IMG/VR virus record: IMGVR_UViG_3300005436_000011
DNA from: an uncultured virus (IMG/VR IMGVR_UViG_3300005436_000011)
Taxonomy: Duplodnaviria > Heunggongvirae > Uroviricota > Caudoviricetes
Reading direction: 5' to 3' (one strand)
DNA length: 64,000 nt
Position 1 is the stretch's first letter; every line of letters starts with the position of its first letter. Shown piece by piece: positions 1-8,253 of this stretch. The translations under genes were made by a program, and so were the position numbers. The notes under the pieces are model-generated. The model was not told the origin of the DNA. It ran no database searches and saw only the letters and a program-made list of their open reading frames with translations.

Positions 1-120
1 AGCCAGTACGTCGACAACCCCAACATCAGCGAGATCCTCGCCCGCATCCGCGGCGGGGAGACGCTGCCCACCACGTCCTCGTCGGCCACCGTGGCCGTCG
101 ACCTGAGCGAGAAGAGGTAA
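1..120 (+). CDS. 3' end of a truncated CDS, possibly an AAA-family ATPase of the replication/recombination module
   Basis: Open frame 1 (SQYVDNPNISEILARIRGG...) ending TAA at 118-120, just before the DUF669-like gene. Product inferred from synteny only. Confidence 0.4.
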   Translation, partial: SQYVDNPNISEILARIRGGETLPTTSSSATVAVDLSEKR

Positions 121-128
121 CCCGCACC

Positions 129-704
129 ATGGCGGCAATCAACTGGAGTGACCTGCAGAAGGCGGCGGGCGACGCCGCGTTCACCCCCGTCCCCAACGAC
201 GTCTACGACGTGTTCGTGGACACCGCGGAGGCGACGCAGTCCTCCACCGGCAAGGACATGATCAAGGTCCAGTTCAAGATCCAGAACGGCCCGCACGAGG
301 GGCGGAACGTCTTCAACCAGTTCGTCATCTCGCCGGACAGCGCGAACGCCCTCGCGTTCTTCTTCCGGCACATGGCGGCCCTGGGCCTCGACGAGGCGTT
401 CTTCGCGGCCAACCCGCCGCTGCAGACCGTCGCCGCGACCCTGGTCGGCCGCGCGTGCCGCATCAAGGTCGGCACCCGGGAGTACCAGGGGCAGGACCGC
501 AACCAGGTCGACGCGGTGCTGCCGCCGACCGCGGGCACCGCGGTCACCGCCCCGCCGGCTCCCAGCACCATGCCGACCGTGCCGCCGTCGCCGGCCGCCG
601 CACCGAGCGGTGTGGGCGCGACGCCGATGCCGACCGCCCCGCCGGTGACCGCACCTGCCGCGCCGGCTCCGGTCGCCCCGCCGTCGCCCGAGCTGCCGTT
701 CTGA
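129..704 (+). CDS. DUF669-like phage single-stranded DNA-binding protein
   Basis: FTPVPNDVYDV...SSTGKDMIKVQFKI..GPHEGR.VF pattern, Pro/Ala-rich linker and C-terminal ELPF tail typical of phage SSBs. Confidence 0.75.
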   Translation: MAAINWSDLQKAAGDAAFTPVPNDVYDVFVDTAEATQSSTGKDMIKVQFKIQNGPHEGRNVFNQFVISPDSANALAFFFRHMAALGLDEAFFAANPPLQTVAATLVGRACRIKVGTREYQGQDRNQVDAVLPPTAGTAVTAPPAPSTMPTVPPSPAAAPSGVGATPMPTAPPVTAPAAPAPVAPPSPELPF

Positions 705-706
705 CG

Positions 707-1741
707 ATGCGGATCCTGGTCACCGGCTGCAGCCAGCAGCAGTGCGGCAGCGGCACCAAGCAGGGCTACCAGCCGGTCATCGAGATGCACGTGCAGGCGC
801 TGCGTGACCTCGGCCACGAGGTCACGCAGCGGCCGGTGGTGATCGACGACGACGAGGCCCTGACCCACGACGTGCTGATCGTGGGTCAGGTGCCGTGCCT
901 CAGCGTCGCCGGCCACCACGTGTACCCGGCCCTCAACCTCCTCGAGCGAGCCGAGGCGAAGGGCAAGCGGGTCATCCTCAACGTCGACGACTGGCAGTTC
1001 CCCCGCATCCACGACAACCTCATGACCGTGGCTCGGGGACCGCACCGCATCACGCGGGAGAGCGTGTTCAAGGGACGGCCCGGCTACGACTGGATCACCA
1101 GCCCCGAGGGGCAGCGCACGCTCGACCGCTACCTCGAGCGGATGCTGACCCGCCCCTGGCCGCCCGTGATGTATCCCGCGTTCGCGTGGGGCGACCACAA
1201 GCTCCTCGCGGGCCACCTGCCCGCGGAGCGGTCCTACTTCCTCGACCCCACGTCCTACACGCGGAGCTACCACACCAACGAGCCGCCGCTCACCGATGGG
1301 GAGCGGCACCGACGGTGGGTGCTCGGTGTCCTGAGCGACCAGTCCGCGTGGCTCAAGACGCTCGGGCCGATGACGTGGGACCTGCACCTCGCGGGCCGCC
1401 CGAAGGAGGGCGCGCCGGCGATGCAGGAGGCCGACCTGGTGCGGCTGTACGCCGACAGCTGGGGCGTGCTGTCTCCCCTCTACAAGAAGGTCGCGGGCTC
1501 GGGCTGGTGGCGCAACCGGTTCGTGTACGCCGCGATCACCCGGTCGGTGCTGCTCGCCGACCCCGAGGAGGTGCGCCGGCTCGGCGCGCCGTACCTCGTC
1601 GACGTGCGGGACGTGGAGAGCCTCACCGCCGGCGAGTTGCGGGACCTCGCTGAGGCGCAGGCCGCGTGCCTGCGTGACAGGGTCTGGAACCGCGACCGCT
1701 ACCTCACGGAACTGGAAGGAATGATCAGGAATGAGCGTTGA
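707..1741 (+). CDS. putative GT-B-fold glycosyltransferase (candidate DNA modification enzyme)
   Basis: ATG at 707 (MRILVTG...ALRDLGHEV is a GT-B N-terminal signature); C-terminal GSGWWRNRFVYAA; sits among nucleotide-metabolism genes. Confidence 0.55.
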   Translation: MRILVTGCSQQQCGSGTKQGYQPVIEMHVQALRDLGHEVTQRPVVIDDDEALTHDVLIVGQVPCLSVAGHHVYPALNLLERAEAKGKRVILNVDDWQFPRIHDNLMTVARGPHRITRESVFKGRPGYDWITSPEGQRTLDRYLERMLTRPWPPVMYPAFAWGDHKLLAGHLPAERSYFLDPTSYTRSYHTNEPPLTDGERHRRWVLGVLSDQSAWLKTLGPMTWDLHLAGRPKEGAPAMQEADLVRLYADSWGVLSPLYKKVAGSGWWRNRFVYAAITRSVLLADPEEVRRLGAPYLVDVRDVESLTAGELRDLAEAQAACLRDRVWNRDRYLTELEGMIRNER

Positions 1742-2114
1742 CGGTGACCTGGGCGTGCTGCTCAAGGCACAGGCCCAGCTGCAGGAGCTGATGGGGCACG
1801 ACTTCGAGGCGATGACCACCGTGGAGCGGATGCGGTACCTCCGCGACCAGATGCTCGCGCTGCAGGTCGAGGCGGTGGAGGTGCTCAACACCGCACCGTG
1901 GAAGCCGTGGGCGACCTACCCGACCGACGCCGAGATCGACGACGCCGAGTACGTCGGCGAGCTCGCGGACGTGTTCATCTTCTTCCTCAACCTGCTGCTC
2001 GTAGGTGACGTGAGCTCCAACCGCCTGCTCGAGGCCGTGGCGCTGAAGATCGAGAAGAACGTGCGCCGCGCCAACTCGCGCTACGACGGGCACTGGACGA
2101 CCACCGAGAGCTGA
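1731..2114 (+). CDS. dimeric all-alpha dUTPase/dCTPase (MazG-like NTP pyrophosphatase)
   Basis: E..E....PWKPW and ELADVFIFFLNL motifs, K...N..R C-terminal helix. Confidence 0.8.
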   Translation: MSVDGDLGVLLKAQAQLQELMGHDFEAMTTVERMRYLRDQMLALQVEAVEVLNTAPWKPWATYPTDAEIDDAEYVGELADVFIFFLNLLLVGDVSSNRLLEAVALKIEKNVRRANSRYDGHWTTTES

Positions 2115-2123
2115 GCTGATCCC

Positions 2124-2158
2124 GAGAGCGGGGAGCCGGGTCAGGGCTCCCCGCTCTC
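2124..2158 (+). terminator. GC-rich hairpin, likely intrinsic terminator
   Basis: GAGAGCGGGGAGCC / GGCTCCCCGCTCTC 14-bp inverted repeat right after the stop at 2114. Confidence 0.6.
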
Positions 2159-2199
2159 TCCCTGTCCGCGGATTGATGACAACCTGATAGGATCATTAC

Positions 2200-2643
2200 G
2201 TGGCGAACGGCTTGAGCGGTCACTGTGTGAAATGCGGTACTTGGCGTAGATCGCTTCACCGTGATCACATCATTCCAAAGTTCAAGGGCGGGTCAAATGA
2301 CCCAAGCAACATCCAACTGTTGTGTGCGAACTGTCACGAGGACAAGACGGTCGAGGACCTCAAGGGTCACAAGCTGAGGACCGACCAAGAGAGACGACGA
2401 ATTGAGTCTCAGATCGGCAAGAAGTGCAGTGAGACTCGACGACTCAACATCGCGATAGCCCACTACAACAAGATCAGAGAAGACGCTGAATATGCGAAAC
2501 ATCTCAGCACGATGCCAAATCGTAACGGTCGATACGACTGGATCTGTGTTGAGTGCGGCTTGAAGTCACTCCCTGGCTCGGTGGGAAGACACCAGTCAGC
2601 GACCGGACACGTTGGACGTGAGAGGGTTCTCAGAAATGTATAA
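2200..2643 (+). CDS. free-standing HNH endonuclease
   Basis: CxxC...HRDHIIPKFKGGSNDPSNIQLLCANCH motif. Visibly lower GC than flanks. TAGGAT -10-like box 6 nt before the GTG start (leaderless). Confidence 0.85.
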   Translation: MANGLSGHCVKCGTWRRSLHRDHIIPKFKGGSNDPSNIQLLCANCHEDKTVEDLKGHKLRTDQERRRIESQIGKKCSETRRLNIAIAHYNKIREDAEYAKHLSTMPNRNGRYDWICVECGLKSLPGSVGRHQSATGHVGRERVLRNV

Positions 2644-3883
2644 GTTCATCGATTGCATGGGATTCGCGGGAGGAATGGCGGTCGGGGCCACGCAGGCCGG
2701 CTTCCGCCTCGTCAACAAGGTCGAGAAGAGAGGCGGCTTCGGCCTCCCCCTGATGGACGCCAACCGCGCCTTCCTCGGTGAGGACTGGGGCTACCAGGTC
2801 GGCGACCCCGACACCGACTGGGAGCCGTTCCAGGCGGACGTCGTCGTCGGCACCCCGCCGTGCGCCGCGTTCAGCGGCATGACCTTCGGCACCAGCAAGC
2901 ACGGCATCGACTCGTCCATCAACGAGTGCATGTGGGACCTCACCCGCTACGCCGCCAAGGTGAGGCCCGCCGTCCTGGTCATGGAGTCGGTCAGTCAGGC
3001 CTACACCAAGGGTGTCAGTCTGATGACCCGGCTCGCCGAAGAGCTCAACCGCCTCACCGGCCTGTGGTACACCACGACCCACGTGCTGCAGAACAACCTC
3101 AGCGTCGGTGGCTGCACCAACCGCAAGCGCTACTTCCTGGTGCTCAGCCAGGTCCCGTTCGGCGTGGAGCGCCCCACCGTGGACCGTGTCAACACGCTCG
3201 GTGACGCCCTGTTCGACCTCACTAACCAGGACCTCACCTGGGCGCCGCGGCCCTACCGCGACCCCGCCACCGCGTGGAGCGAGCCACTGCGTCGCGAGGA
3301 CGGCTGCGTCGACGGCCACGCCTTCCGCGAGAACACGTTCACCCGGCGGCTCGCCGACATCCACGGCGGCGCGGGCTGGACCCCCGGGGAGCGCGAGGCC
3401 GACGTGCTCAAGCGCCACTACGAGCTGCACGGCTACCTTCCCGAGTCCTACCAGTACCCGCAGCCCGGCGGCAACGGCATCACCCGCGACAAGCACCTCC
3501 TCGAGCGCGGGTTCGACCCCGGCGGCTTCAACCAGACCAAGTGCTGGTCCTGGACCGACCCGGGCCGCGTGCTCAGCGGCGCCGGCGTCTACATGGTGTG
3601 GCACCCCAACGGCCGCGTCATCACCAACCGCGAGGCCGCCCGCATCATGGGCTTCCCGGACGCCTACCTCATCGAGCCCGTCAAGGACGACCCGCAGCTC
3701 TCGTCCTACTGGGGCAAGGGCACCAGCGTCGCCCCCGCCCGGTGGGTCATGAACTGGGTGCGGGAGAGCCTCAACGGCAACCCCGGTCCCGTCACCGGCG
3801 ACGTGATCGAGACCGGCGCGCGCCTCATCGACGTCTCCCGGGAGTGGAAGACCGCGACCAGGCTCGAGGAGACCGCGGCGTGA
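2636..3883 (+). CDS. divergent DNA cytosine-C5 methyltransferase
   Basis: Motif I-like IDCMGFAGG, catalytic GTPPCAAFS, MESV (ENV-like), RKRYF, late REAARIMGFPD. ATG at 2636. Confidence 0.8.
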   Translation: MYKFIDCMGFAGGMAVGATQAGFRLVNKVEKRGGFGLPLMDANRAFLGEDWGYQVGDPDTDWEPFQADVVVGTPPCAAFSGMTFGTSKHGIDSSINECMWDLTRYAAKVRPAVLVMESVSQAYTKGVSLMTRLAEELNRLTGLWYTTTHVLQNNLSVGGCTNRKRYFLVLSQVPFGVERPTVDRVNTLGDALFDLTNQDLTWAPRPYRDPATAWSEPLRREDGCVDGHAFRENTFTRRLADIHGGAGWTPGEREADVLKRHYELHGYLPESYQYPQPGGNGITRDKHLLERGFDPGGFNQTKCWSWTDPGRVLSGAGVYMVWHPNGRVITNREAARIMGFPDAYLIEPVKDDPQLSSYWGKGTSVAPARWVMNWVRESLNGNPGPVTGDVIETGARLIDVSREWKTATRLEETAA

Positions 3884-4554
3884 TCCCACACGACTTTCGC
3901 TTCCGGGACTGCGACCGCTTCGTCGTCGACCAGGTCTTCAACAAGCGAGAGTACGCGCTCGCCAGCCCGCGGGAGGGTGAGCGCGTCCTCGACCTCGGCG
4001 CGCACGTCGGGTCCTTCACGCGCTGGGCGCTCGACCAGGGAGCCGGCCACGTCACGGCGGTGGAGGCGGCACCCGAGACCGTGGCTCTGCTCCGCGGCAA
4101 CGTCGCCCTCGACCCGCGGGTCACCGTCATCGCCGCCGCCGTGGTCGGCGCGCCGCTGGCCACGGCCACGCTGGCGCTGCCGCCGCGGGGCAACCCGATG
4201 GGTGCCTACGTGGTGGGCACCAAGCGGCCCGCCGGCAAGAGCTACCGCGGCTACCAGCTGAGCGAGGTAGCCACGGTCTCCCTGCCGTACCTCCTCGAGA
4301 TCTACCAGCCCACTCTCGTCAAGTTCGACATCGAGGCCAGCGAGTACGACGTCCTCACCCCGCACGTCGACCTCCTCAGGCAGCAGGGCGTGCGGTGCCT
4401 CATCGGTGAGTACCACGTCAACACGCAGGCCCTTCTCGACCGCGCCACGCGGCTCGTTAGCCTCCTCGACGCCGCCGGCTACACCCGCTCCCGGTCCCTG
4501 CCCGGCAAGCCCACGGGGTGGGGCCGCACGATCTGCCACGACCTCGCCCCGTAG
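3880..4554 (+). CDS. FkbM-family SAM-dependent methyltransferase
   Basis: VLDLGAHVGSF, AVEAAP, VKFDIEASEY motifs. GTGA overlap with the upstream stop. Confidence 0.8.
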   Translation: MIPHDFRFRDCDRFVVDQVFNKREYALASPREGERVLDLGAHVGSFTRWALDQGAGHVTAVEAAPETVALLRGNVALDPRVTVIAAAVVGAPLATATLALPPRGNPMGAYVVGTKRPAGKSYRGYQLSEVATVSLPYLLEIYQPTLVKFDIEASEYDVLTPHVDLLRQQGVRCLIGEYHVNTQALLDRATRLVSLLDAAGYTRSRSLPGKPTGWGRTICHDLAP

Positions 4555-4557
4555 CTG

Positions 4558-4586
4558 TTTACATGTCACCGCCTCACTGGTATGAT
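4558..4586 (+). promoter_or_regulatory. SigA-type promoter TTTACA-N17-TATGAT
   Basis: Near-consensus -35/-10 with TGn extension. First of eight TTTACA-N17 promoters in the window. Confidence 0.75.
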
Positions 4587-4627
4587 GACAAGGTACGCAG
4601 GAACATCGGAACGAGAGGAACGAGCAC

Positions 4628-5554
4628 GTGGAAATCCTGGACATCCCCGTCGAGGGCCGCCAGCTCGCGTGGGCGGGCATCACCACCGGCAGCGCCGGTG
4701 ACGACCTCGTCAGCTCGGAGCAGCTGCTGCACCTCGCCGGCCTGGACTGGGAGGTCGCCAAGCGGCCCCTGCTGCGCACCAACCTCCAGGGCGAGGTCGT
4801 GCAGTCTCAACGGTCCTTCGAGATCTACCGCACCGACACCGGTGAGGAGCTCGGCACCGTCAAGAGCAAGTACGAGGTCTGGCAGAACCGGGACGCGTTC
4901 GCGTTCGGCGACGCCCTGGTCGCGGACGGCAAGGCCCGGTGGGTCGACGCCGGCTTGCAGGGAAACGGCTGGCGGGTCTTCATGACCATGCAGCTCAACG
5001 AGCCGTTCACGGTGCACGACGACCAGTTCAACCTGTACCTCTACCTGCGGACCAGCCACGATGGCAGCTCCTCGGTGAGCGGCTACGTGACCCCGATCAA
5101 GGTGTGGTGCACCAACCAGCTGCCCCTGGTGTCCCGAACCGCGCTCGACAAGTTCAGCTTCCAGCACACCAGCAAGCTGAGCGAGCGCATCGAGGAGGCC
5201 AAGAAGTCCTTCGAGCTGACCGTCAACTTCGAGCGGGAGTTCAAGGCCTCCATGGAGCAGCTGCTTAAGACCGAGGTCACCGACGACAAGGCGCGCCTCC
5301 TGATCAAGGAGGTCATCCCTCAGACGCGGCCGCGGCGCGAGGACATGGTGGAGGCGATCATGCTCAACTACCAGACCTCAGAGACCACGCAGCCCTACCG
5401 CAACACCGCGTACGGTCTGCTCAACGGCCTGACCGAGTACATGGACCACAAGAAGGTCCAGCGGAGCGGCAACTCGCGCTTCGAGAGCATCATGCTCGGC
5501 GAGGGCGCGAAGTACCGCACCAACCTGGCCCAGCGCCTGCTGGCGCTGAGCTGA
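4628..5554 (+). CDS. DUF932-family phage/plasmid protein
   Basis: AGLDWEV, YRTDTGEELGTV..KYEVWQN, SHDGSSS, P.KVWCTN, H, TAYGLLNGLTEYMDH pattern. Confidence 0.85.
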   Translation: MEILDIPVEGRQLAWAGITTGSAGDDLVSSEQLLHLAGLDWEVAKRPLLRTNLQGEVVQSQRSFEIYRTDTGEELGTVKSKYEVWQNRDAFAFGDALVADGKARWVDAGLQGNGWRVFMTMQLNEPFTVHDDQFNLYLYLRTSHDGSSSVSGYVTPIKVWCTNQLPLVSRTALDKFSFQHTSKLSERIEEAKKSFELTVNFEREFKASMEQLLKTEVTDDKARLLIKEVIPQTRPRREDMVEAIMLNYQTSETTQPYRNTAYGLLNGLTEYMDHKKVQRSGNSRFESIMLGEGAKYRTNLAQRLLALS

Positions 5555-5624
5555 CCCTCAACTAGACGCGGTCGCCGTCCACCCGTGGGGTGGGCGGCTC
5601 TCGCGTACCGAGCGATTGGAGACG

Positions 5625-5909
5625 ATGATGGCGGTGGTGATGAAGCTGCTTGAGAACGAGGGTGCCAACGCAGATGACGTCGAGCGAATGAGTGGCGGCT
5701 ACCAGGTCGTCGCCTCCACGCTCAGCCAGCTGTTCCCGAACCGGCCCAAGGTGTCCCGCCAGCTCGTGTGGCTGTGGTGGAACCGACGGCACCGCACCCA
5801 CTTCCCGGAGGGCTGGGAGCGGCCCACCGCGAACGGCAGCGTGCGGCGGTTCTTCCTGGACGAGGTCGTGGAGTGGTACCGCGGCCACCGGCTCGAGGAG
5901 GATGACTGA
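5625..5909 (+). CDS. small putative DNA-binding protein
   Basis: GGAG RBS; VSRQLVWLWW..R...FP...F..DEVVEWY resembles excisionase/AlpA-like HTH proteins. Confidence 0.5.
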   Translation: MMAVVMKLLENEGANADDVERMSGGYQVVASTLSQLFPNRPKVSRQLVWLWWNRRHRTHFPEGWERPTANGSVRRFFLDEVVEWYRGHRLEEDD

Positions 5910-6121
5910 TGGCCGAGGAGACCGACGGCGACGGCTTCAGAGAGGTCTACGACCTGCTCGGCAAGCTCGTCACGGCGATCGAGCGCGTGCGCAAGAACCA
6001 CGCGCTGGTGGTTGCGGGGCCGGAGCTCGTCACCCTCGTGGCGATCGAGGGTGACGAGCGCAACCTCGAGTGGGACGTGCACCGCCTCGAGCGGCAGATC
6101 CGCGCGCACCAGGAGATCTGA
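5909..6121 (+). CDS. hypothetical protein
   Basis: TGATG coupling with upstream gene, phage-like codon usage. Confidence 0.6.
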   Translation: MAEETDGDGFREVYDLLGKLVTAIERVRKNHALVVAGPELVTLVAIEGDERNLEWDVHRLERQIRAHQEI

Positions 6122-6123
6122 TC

Positions 6124-6164
6124 GAGAGCCGGCTGTTTACAAACAGCCGGCTCTCTGGTAGGTT
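6124..6164 (+). promoter_or_regulatory. hairpin-embedded promoter TTTACA-N17-TAGGTT
   Basis: Perfect 15-bp inverted repeat 6124-6155 centred on the -35 hexamer (6136-6141); -10 at 6159-6164. Confidence 0.75.
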
Positions 6165-6206
6165 TACCTCAGCAAGCCAGGAACGAACCAACGGAACGGA
6201 GCTCAG

Positions 6207-6503
6207 ATGCCTCACCTCACCCTGGACGTCGCCCACGAGGAGAGCGAGACGGTCGAGGCCGCGATCGCCGACCTCACCCGGGGAACTGACGTGACCGCAA
6301 CCGTCATCGACCCCGCCGGTCCCGCGGGCGGCTGGCCGGTCGTCACGTTCACCGGCACCCGCGATGGGCTGGTGCGGCTGGCCGTGCGCTACGAGGGCAT
6401 CGAGGGTCAGATCGTGGACCTGCTGCTCGGCAACCGGTCGAGCCGCTCAAGCGGAAGCGCGATCGACGCGGCCCGCGACCTGCTGGACTGGATCAAGGAC
6501 TGA
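6207..6503 (+). CDS. hypothetical protein
   Basis: Downstream of promoter and GGAG RBS; contains GPAGGWPVVTFTG. Confidence 0.65.
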   Translation: MPHLTLDVAHEESETVEAAIADLTRGTDVTATVIDPAGPAGGWPVVTFTGTRDGLVRLAVRYEGIEGQIVDLLLGNRSSRSSGSAIDAARDLLDWIKD

Positions 6504-6535
6504 CCTCGGGTCAGGCTCAAGGAACGGAGACCGAA

Positions 6536-6718
6536 GTGAACCAGGAAACGCGGCGTGAGCTCGCGGCGGAGCTGATCCTCTTCCGGATCAAGGACACCGA
6601 CAAGCGGGACGCCTACGAATACCTCAAGAGCCAGGGCGTGCTCGCCCAAGCTCGGGAGAGCGTCGAGCTCGCCTACCAGGTCCGCAAGGCCAAGATCACG
6701 ATCACGTGGGAGGACTGA
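6536..6718 (+). CDS. hypothetical protein
   Basis: AAGGAACGGAG leader, high GC3. Confidence 0.6.
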   Translation: MNQETRRELAAELILFRIKDTDKRDAYEYLKSQGVLAQARESVELAYQVRKAKITITWED

Positions 6719-6719
6719 C

Positions 6720-6935
6720 GTGGACGCCAGTCACGAGCTCGTGGGCCGACGGGTGCGGTCCAGGGACGGCGGCGCGCTCGGTGAGATCCTCGCCGTCGAC
6801 GAGCACCGACGGAGCGGTCGGATCATCGGCGCGCGGGTGAGGTGGGACGAGGCCTTCACCGTGCCGATCACCAACCAGTCGATCTCTGAGTCGAACGTGT
6901 TCTGGAACCGGCTCGAGCTGCTGCCGGTGAAGTAG
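6720..6935 (+). CDS. hypothetical protein
   Basis: GGAGG RBS, abuts the previous gene. Confidence 0.55.
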   Translation: MDASHELVGRRVRSRDGGALGEILAVDEHRRSGRIIGARVRWDEAFTVPITNQSISESNVFWNRLELLPVK

Positions 6936-6967
6936 GGGTTTACAAACCCTGGGTTCCGGTGTAGGCT
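6934..6967 (+). promoter_or_regulatory. promoter TTTACA-N17-TAGGCT with short inverted repeat
   Basis: GGGTTT-AC-AAACCC around the -35 (6939-6944); -10 at 6962-6967. Confidence 0.75.
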
Positions 6968-7008
6968 GATCCCAGCAGGACAGGAACCCGGAACCCAGGA
7001 GGCACCCC

Positions 7009-7563
7009 GTGCTCACGTTCATCTCCCTCGCTCAGATCCGCCTCATCCGCAACCTCGCCGCCGAGCGGGTCCTCGACCCGAACCGTCGGGACGCGATGCT
7101 GGACCTTCTCAAGCGGCACGAGCGGCCCGTGAACGCGGATGACAAGCTGACCCAGGCGTGGGCTCGGGCGTGCATCGACTGGCTGCTGAACCAGCCGCGA
7201 GCGACCGCTCAAGCGAAGCCGGCGACGGTGGCACCGAGCGTCGAGCCCCTGGTCGCCGGCGTCTACGGCCGCGACGGTGAGGTCTTCCTCGTCAAGCCCA
7301 GCAGGCAGGGCAACCTGTACGCCAAGCGGCTCGTGCCGATCAGCGGCGAGCGGCTGACCCAGCTGGGTGAGACGGCCAAGTTCGAGTTCGACTACGCGCC
7401 GGGCGCGGTCAAGACCCTGCACCCGCGGGACCGCCTGCCGCTCGCGGAGGCCGAGAAACTGATGATCGAGTACGGCCGCTGCATCTGCTGCAACCGCCGG
7501 CTCAAGGACGCCGCGAGCGTCCGCGCGGGGATCGGCCCCGTGTGCCGCAAGCAGTTCGCCTGA
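7009..7563 (+). CDS. DUF6011-like Zn-binding protein
   Basis: C-terminal GRCICCNRRLKDAASVRAGIGPVC motif; AGGAGG RBS. Confidence 0.75.
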   Translation: MLTFISLAQIRLIRNLAAERVLDPNRRDAMLDLLKRHERPVNADDKLTQAWARACIDWLLNQPRATAQAKPATVAPSVEPLVAGVYGRDGEVFLVKPSRQGNLYAKRLVPISGERLTQLGETAKFEFDYAPGAVKTLHPRDRLPLAEAEKLMIEYGRCICCNRRLKDAASVRAGIGPVCRKQFA

Positions 7564-7581
7564 GGAACGAGACGCGAGGAG

Positions 7582-7767
7582 ATGGAACAGATGAAGTTTC
7601 CGAGAGAGCTTCTGAACGAGGTGCGAGCCACCCACGACCTCGAGTGGGACCCGCCGGCCGCGATGACCGCGGTGCGTCGCTGGACGTGCACGCGGTGCGG
7701 TGACGCCGTCCTGGTGAACGGTGACAACGTGTACGGGTCCGCGACCCGCGAGACGTGTCGCCGGTGA
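7582..7767 (+). CDS. small Zn-ribbon hypothetical protein
   Basis: GAGGAG RBS, CTRC motif. Confidence 0.55.
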   Translation: MEQMKFPRELLNEVRATHDLEWDPPAAMTAVRRWTCTRCGDAVLVNGDNVYGSATRETCRR

Positions 7768-7777
7768 GGTAGAGGCT

Positions 7778-7821
7778 CACCGATCCCAGGGGTTTACAAA
7801 TCTCCGGGCTCGGTGTAGGCT
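7778..7821 (+). promoter_or_regulatory. hairpin-embedded promoter TTTACA-N17-TAGGCT
   Basis: 18-bp imperfect inverted repeat 7778-7815 centred on the -35 (7793-7798). Confidence 0.75.
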
Positions 7822-7864
7822 AGCACCAGCAGGCAAGGAACCCGGAACCGAGGAGCTGAGTCCG

Positions 7865-8146
7865 ATGACCCACCCCGAACCCGTCACCTGGGATGAGGAC
7901 GCCTACCGCGAGGCCGCCACCGTGACCGGCCCGGTCTGCGCCGAGTGCTCCTTCTGGGACCACGACGCGCGCCGTCGGGTGCAGGTTCGCCACGCCTCCG
8001 CCGCCTCAATTCGCGAGTGCCACGCCAAGGCTCGAGACGCCCAGGCTCAGGCGCGGGCCGACCTCGAGGCGGAGCGCCTCGTGGAGCGCTTCTTCGAGGA
8101 GCGCGGCGGCTCAGACCACGACCCATACGAGCGCGACCGGTTCTGA
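7865..8146 (+). CDS. hypothetical protein
   Basis: ATG at 7865 after GAGGAG; CxxC...H...C residues. Confidence 0.6.
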   Translation: MTHPEPVTWDEDAYREAATVTGPVCAECSFWDHDARRRVQVRHASAASIRECHAKARDAQAQARADLEAERLVERFFEERGGSDHDPYERDRF

Positions 8147-8153
8147 GAGAGTC

Positions 8154-8197
8154 CGCCAGGCTCAGGGGTTTACAAACCTCTGAGCCTGGTGTAGGCT
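8154..8197 (+). promoter_or_regulatory. hairpin-embedded promoter TTTACA-N17-TAGGCT
   Basis: 18-bp inverted repeat 8154-8191 (two G.T pairs) centred on the -35 (8169-8174). Confidence 0.75.
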
Positions 8198-8253
8198 GGT
8201 ACCAGCAGCAAGGAACAAGGAACAAGGAACCAGGAACCGGAAGGACCGAGTCG

